From positions 1-60,354 of the forward strand of contig CAZQQL010000004.1 in NCBI GenBank assembly GCA_964595455.1: DNA of 60,354 nt. The letters run 5' to 3'. Shown piece after piece: positions 58,766-60,354 of this stretch; within the stretch, counting starts at the first letter, position 1; each line of letters opens with the position of its first letter. The notes below the pieces were generated by a model that saw only the letters and a program-made list of their open reading frames with translations, was not told where the DNA came from and searched no databases. The DNA comes from an uncultured Dehalococcoidaceae bacterium (GTDB lineage Bacteria > Chloroflexota > Dehalococcoidia > Dehalococcoidales > RBG-16-60-22). The translations under genes and the position numbers were made by a program.

Positions 58766-60094
58766 CTATGCCCGGTTCGCCATGCCGGCAAGATATCGCT
58801 CGGCTTCCGCGATGGCTTCCACTTTCTGCTCGTCGGAGAGCGTATTCACCGGCTGGTAAACGGCGTTCGAACTCAGCAGCGTCATCCAGTTATCGAATTG
58901 CTCATTGATCAGGAAGGTGCGGTCTTCTTCCGACACCGCCCGGTTTTCATCGACATCCACCGCCCTCACGAGCCAGGCGCCGCCCTGCGTCCAGTAGCCT
59001 TCGTCCGGGATAGGGTCGCTCCAGACGCCTGTTTCCGTATCTTCCCCGAAAATGTAGGGATCGGTCGCCTCGCTCAGGGCGTGCGTCGTGTTATCCGACG
59101 GTTTTTCAAAAACCCCGAGTTCTCCCCCGTTCTGCTTGGAAACCGAGTACTGTGAGAACTCTTCCGCGATGGCAGCCAGGTCTTCGCCGTTGTTCAGTCT
59201 CTCCCGTATGGACTTCGCCTGCTCCTCACTGTTCAACAGGATGCCGGATACGTTGGCGGACACCGCGGTCTCGTTCTCCGAAACGGCTTCCTCTTCAATG
59301 GAATTGACCCGCAGGAGCCAGTACCCTTTCTTCTTCCAGGTCTCGTTGTCCGAGAGCGGCTGGCTGACATCTCCGGCTTCGGCTTCAAATGCCCAGTCCA
59401 CAGGGATGGAAGTACCCAGGTAATCCTCGTGGATGGACGCGGGGTGCCAACCGAAGGCGCCCATATAGTCGTTCTGTGAATAGTAGTTCAGGCCGTATTC
59501 CTTGGCCAGTTCCGTTATGTTATCGCTGTCCGCCAGTTCCTGACGGATATCTCGGGCAACCGCTTCGCTCTCCACCAGGATCGCTTCCAGGTTTACCTGC
59601 GGCATCGTTTCAGCGATCTTGGTACCGAAATGCTCCTTAAGCTTGGGGATCAGCAACTGCGCCCGGATCATGTCCATGGTAGCGTCATTTGCTTCCAGGC
59701 CGATTTCTTTTATCTTGTCCTTGACTTCGTTATCGCTGATGGTGATGTTCAGGGAAGCGGCCCCGTCACGCAGCATCTGGTATTGCTGGATGGCCTGCGG
59801 GAGCTGGGCGTTGACGTCGGAGGGTTTCGCTTCACTTTGTAATATGGATTGCACCTTGAGAGCATCCACGTAATAGCCGTAATCGTATTCCTGGTCCGCG
59901 ATGGCCAGCACGGTCTTGCTGTTGGGCAGGACCTCGCCCACGATGACCCCGACGATAACCAGCACGACCACTATCGCGATTATCCCGATCCCTCCGAAGA
60001 ATATGAACCGCTGGCGGCGCTGCGCCTTCTGATGGTGGGATATCGCTCGGCGGGTCATAGCCCGCGGTTTTTCCGGTTGAACCTTCTTAGCCAA
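58766..60094 (-). CDS. Membrane-anchored PpiC/parvulin-type peptidyl-prolyl isomerase (PrsA/SurA-like foldase)
   Basis: N-terminal TM and two rotamase-like repeats (ILVESEAVA..I...L and ILLNSEEQAKSIRERL.NGEDLAAIAEEFSQ..SKQNGGELG). Confidence 0.85.
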   Translation of the reverse strand: MAKKVQPEKPRAMTRRAISHHQKAQRRQRFIFFGGIGIIAIVVVLVIVGVIVGEVLPNSKTVLAIADQEYDYGYYVDALKVQSILQSEAKPSDVNAQLPQAIQQYQMLRDGAASLNITISDNEVKDKIKEIGLEANDATMDMIRAQLLIPKLKEHFGTKIAETMPQVNLEAILVESEAVARDIRQELADSDNITELAKEYGLNYYSQNDYMGAFGWHPASIHEDYLGTSIPVDWAFEAEAGDVSQPLSDNETWKKKGYWLLRVNSIEEEAVSENETAVSANVSGILLNSEEQAKSIRERLNNGEDLAAIAEEFSQYSVSKQNGGELGVFEKPSDNTTHALSEATDPYIFGEDTETGVWSDPIPDEGYWTQGGAWLVRAVDVDENRAVSEEDRTFLINEQFDNWMTLLSSNAVYQPVNTLSDEQKVEAIAEAERYLAGMANRA

Positions 60095-60261
60095 ATCGGC
60101 ACCTTCCCGAGTTTATTTGTCTCTTCTATTTATAATGCATTTCACGATGCATTTTCAAATACGTAGTTAGCGATTTTCCAGCTTTTTCCTGATTTCTCCG
60201 GTTTCTGGCAAACGGTGCACACAATCTCTTTCTTCATGATAATGTTTCTTTGTTAACGGAC

Positions 60262-60289
60262 AATAAAAAAGCCCGGGTAATTCCCGGGC
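60262..60289 (-). terminator. Rho-independent terminator of a gene entering from the right edge
   Basis: Minus strand reads GCCCGGG-AATTA-CCCGGGC-TTTTTTATT. Confidence 0.8.
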
Positions 60290-60312
60290 CCAGCGACGAT
60301 GCCGGCAGGCGC

Positions 60313-60354
60313 TCAGAAGCGCACCAAACCGGAACTGCCGGCAGCCCGGGCGGG
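60313..60354 (-). CDS. 3' end of an unidentified gene (PARAAGSSGLVRF*)
   Basis: Open frame from the window edge to TGA, immediately followed by a terminator. Too short to identify. Confidence 0.35.
   Translation of the reverse strand, partial: PARAAGSSGLVRF

Overview
This is a gene-dense bacterial chromosome segment with GC-rich coding regions. The gene content and protein styles (Thr-rich lipoprotein peptide-binding protein, PHVHxxDE cupin-like proteins, DUF169 paralogs, GyrB with a YN motif) suggest an anaerobic Chloroflexota of the Dehalococcoidia type, but that assignment is inference. I can support about 49 CDS, 2 gene fragments, one tRNA-Arg(CCT) and a degraded IS3-family element; I found no rRNA or CRISPR array. 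The main blocks are: (i) a MalT-like STAND/LuxR regulator locus with repeated operator-like boxes; (ii) a hidden ~570-aa selenoprotein, in which two ORFs from the track (9857-10219 and 8507-9769) are one reading frame joined through an in-frame UGA in a U-P-G-C motif, followed by a SECIS-like hairpin; (iii) an 8-gene ABC-transporter/MoxR/DUF58/vWA operon of unknown function; (iv) a catabolic-looking cluster of DUF362, IclR, FAD oxidoreductase and a peptide ABC importer without an ATPase; (v) DUF169 and cupin paralog pairs around a tRNA-Arg with an AT-rich IS3 scar; (vi) a second MoxR-DUF58-transglutaminase module; (vii) an orphan Pycsar-type membrane effector; (viii) a Zn-ribbon/hsp20 unit behind two tandem CIRCE operators; and (ix) housekeeping genes gyrB, folE, thrC (apparently starting at ACG), hom and a PrsA-like PPIase. 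All family calls come from motif recognition by eye, not from database searches.
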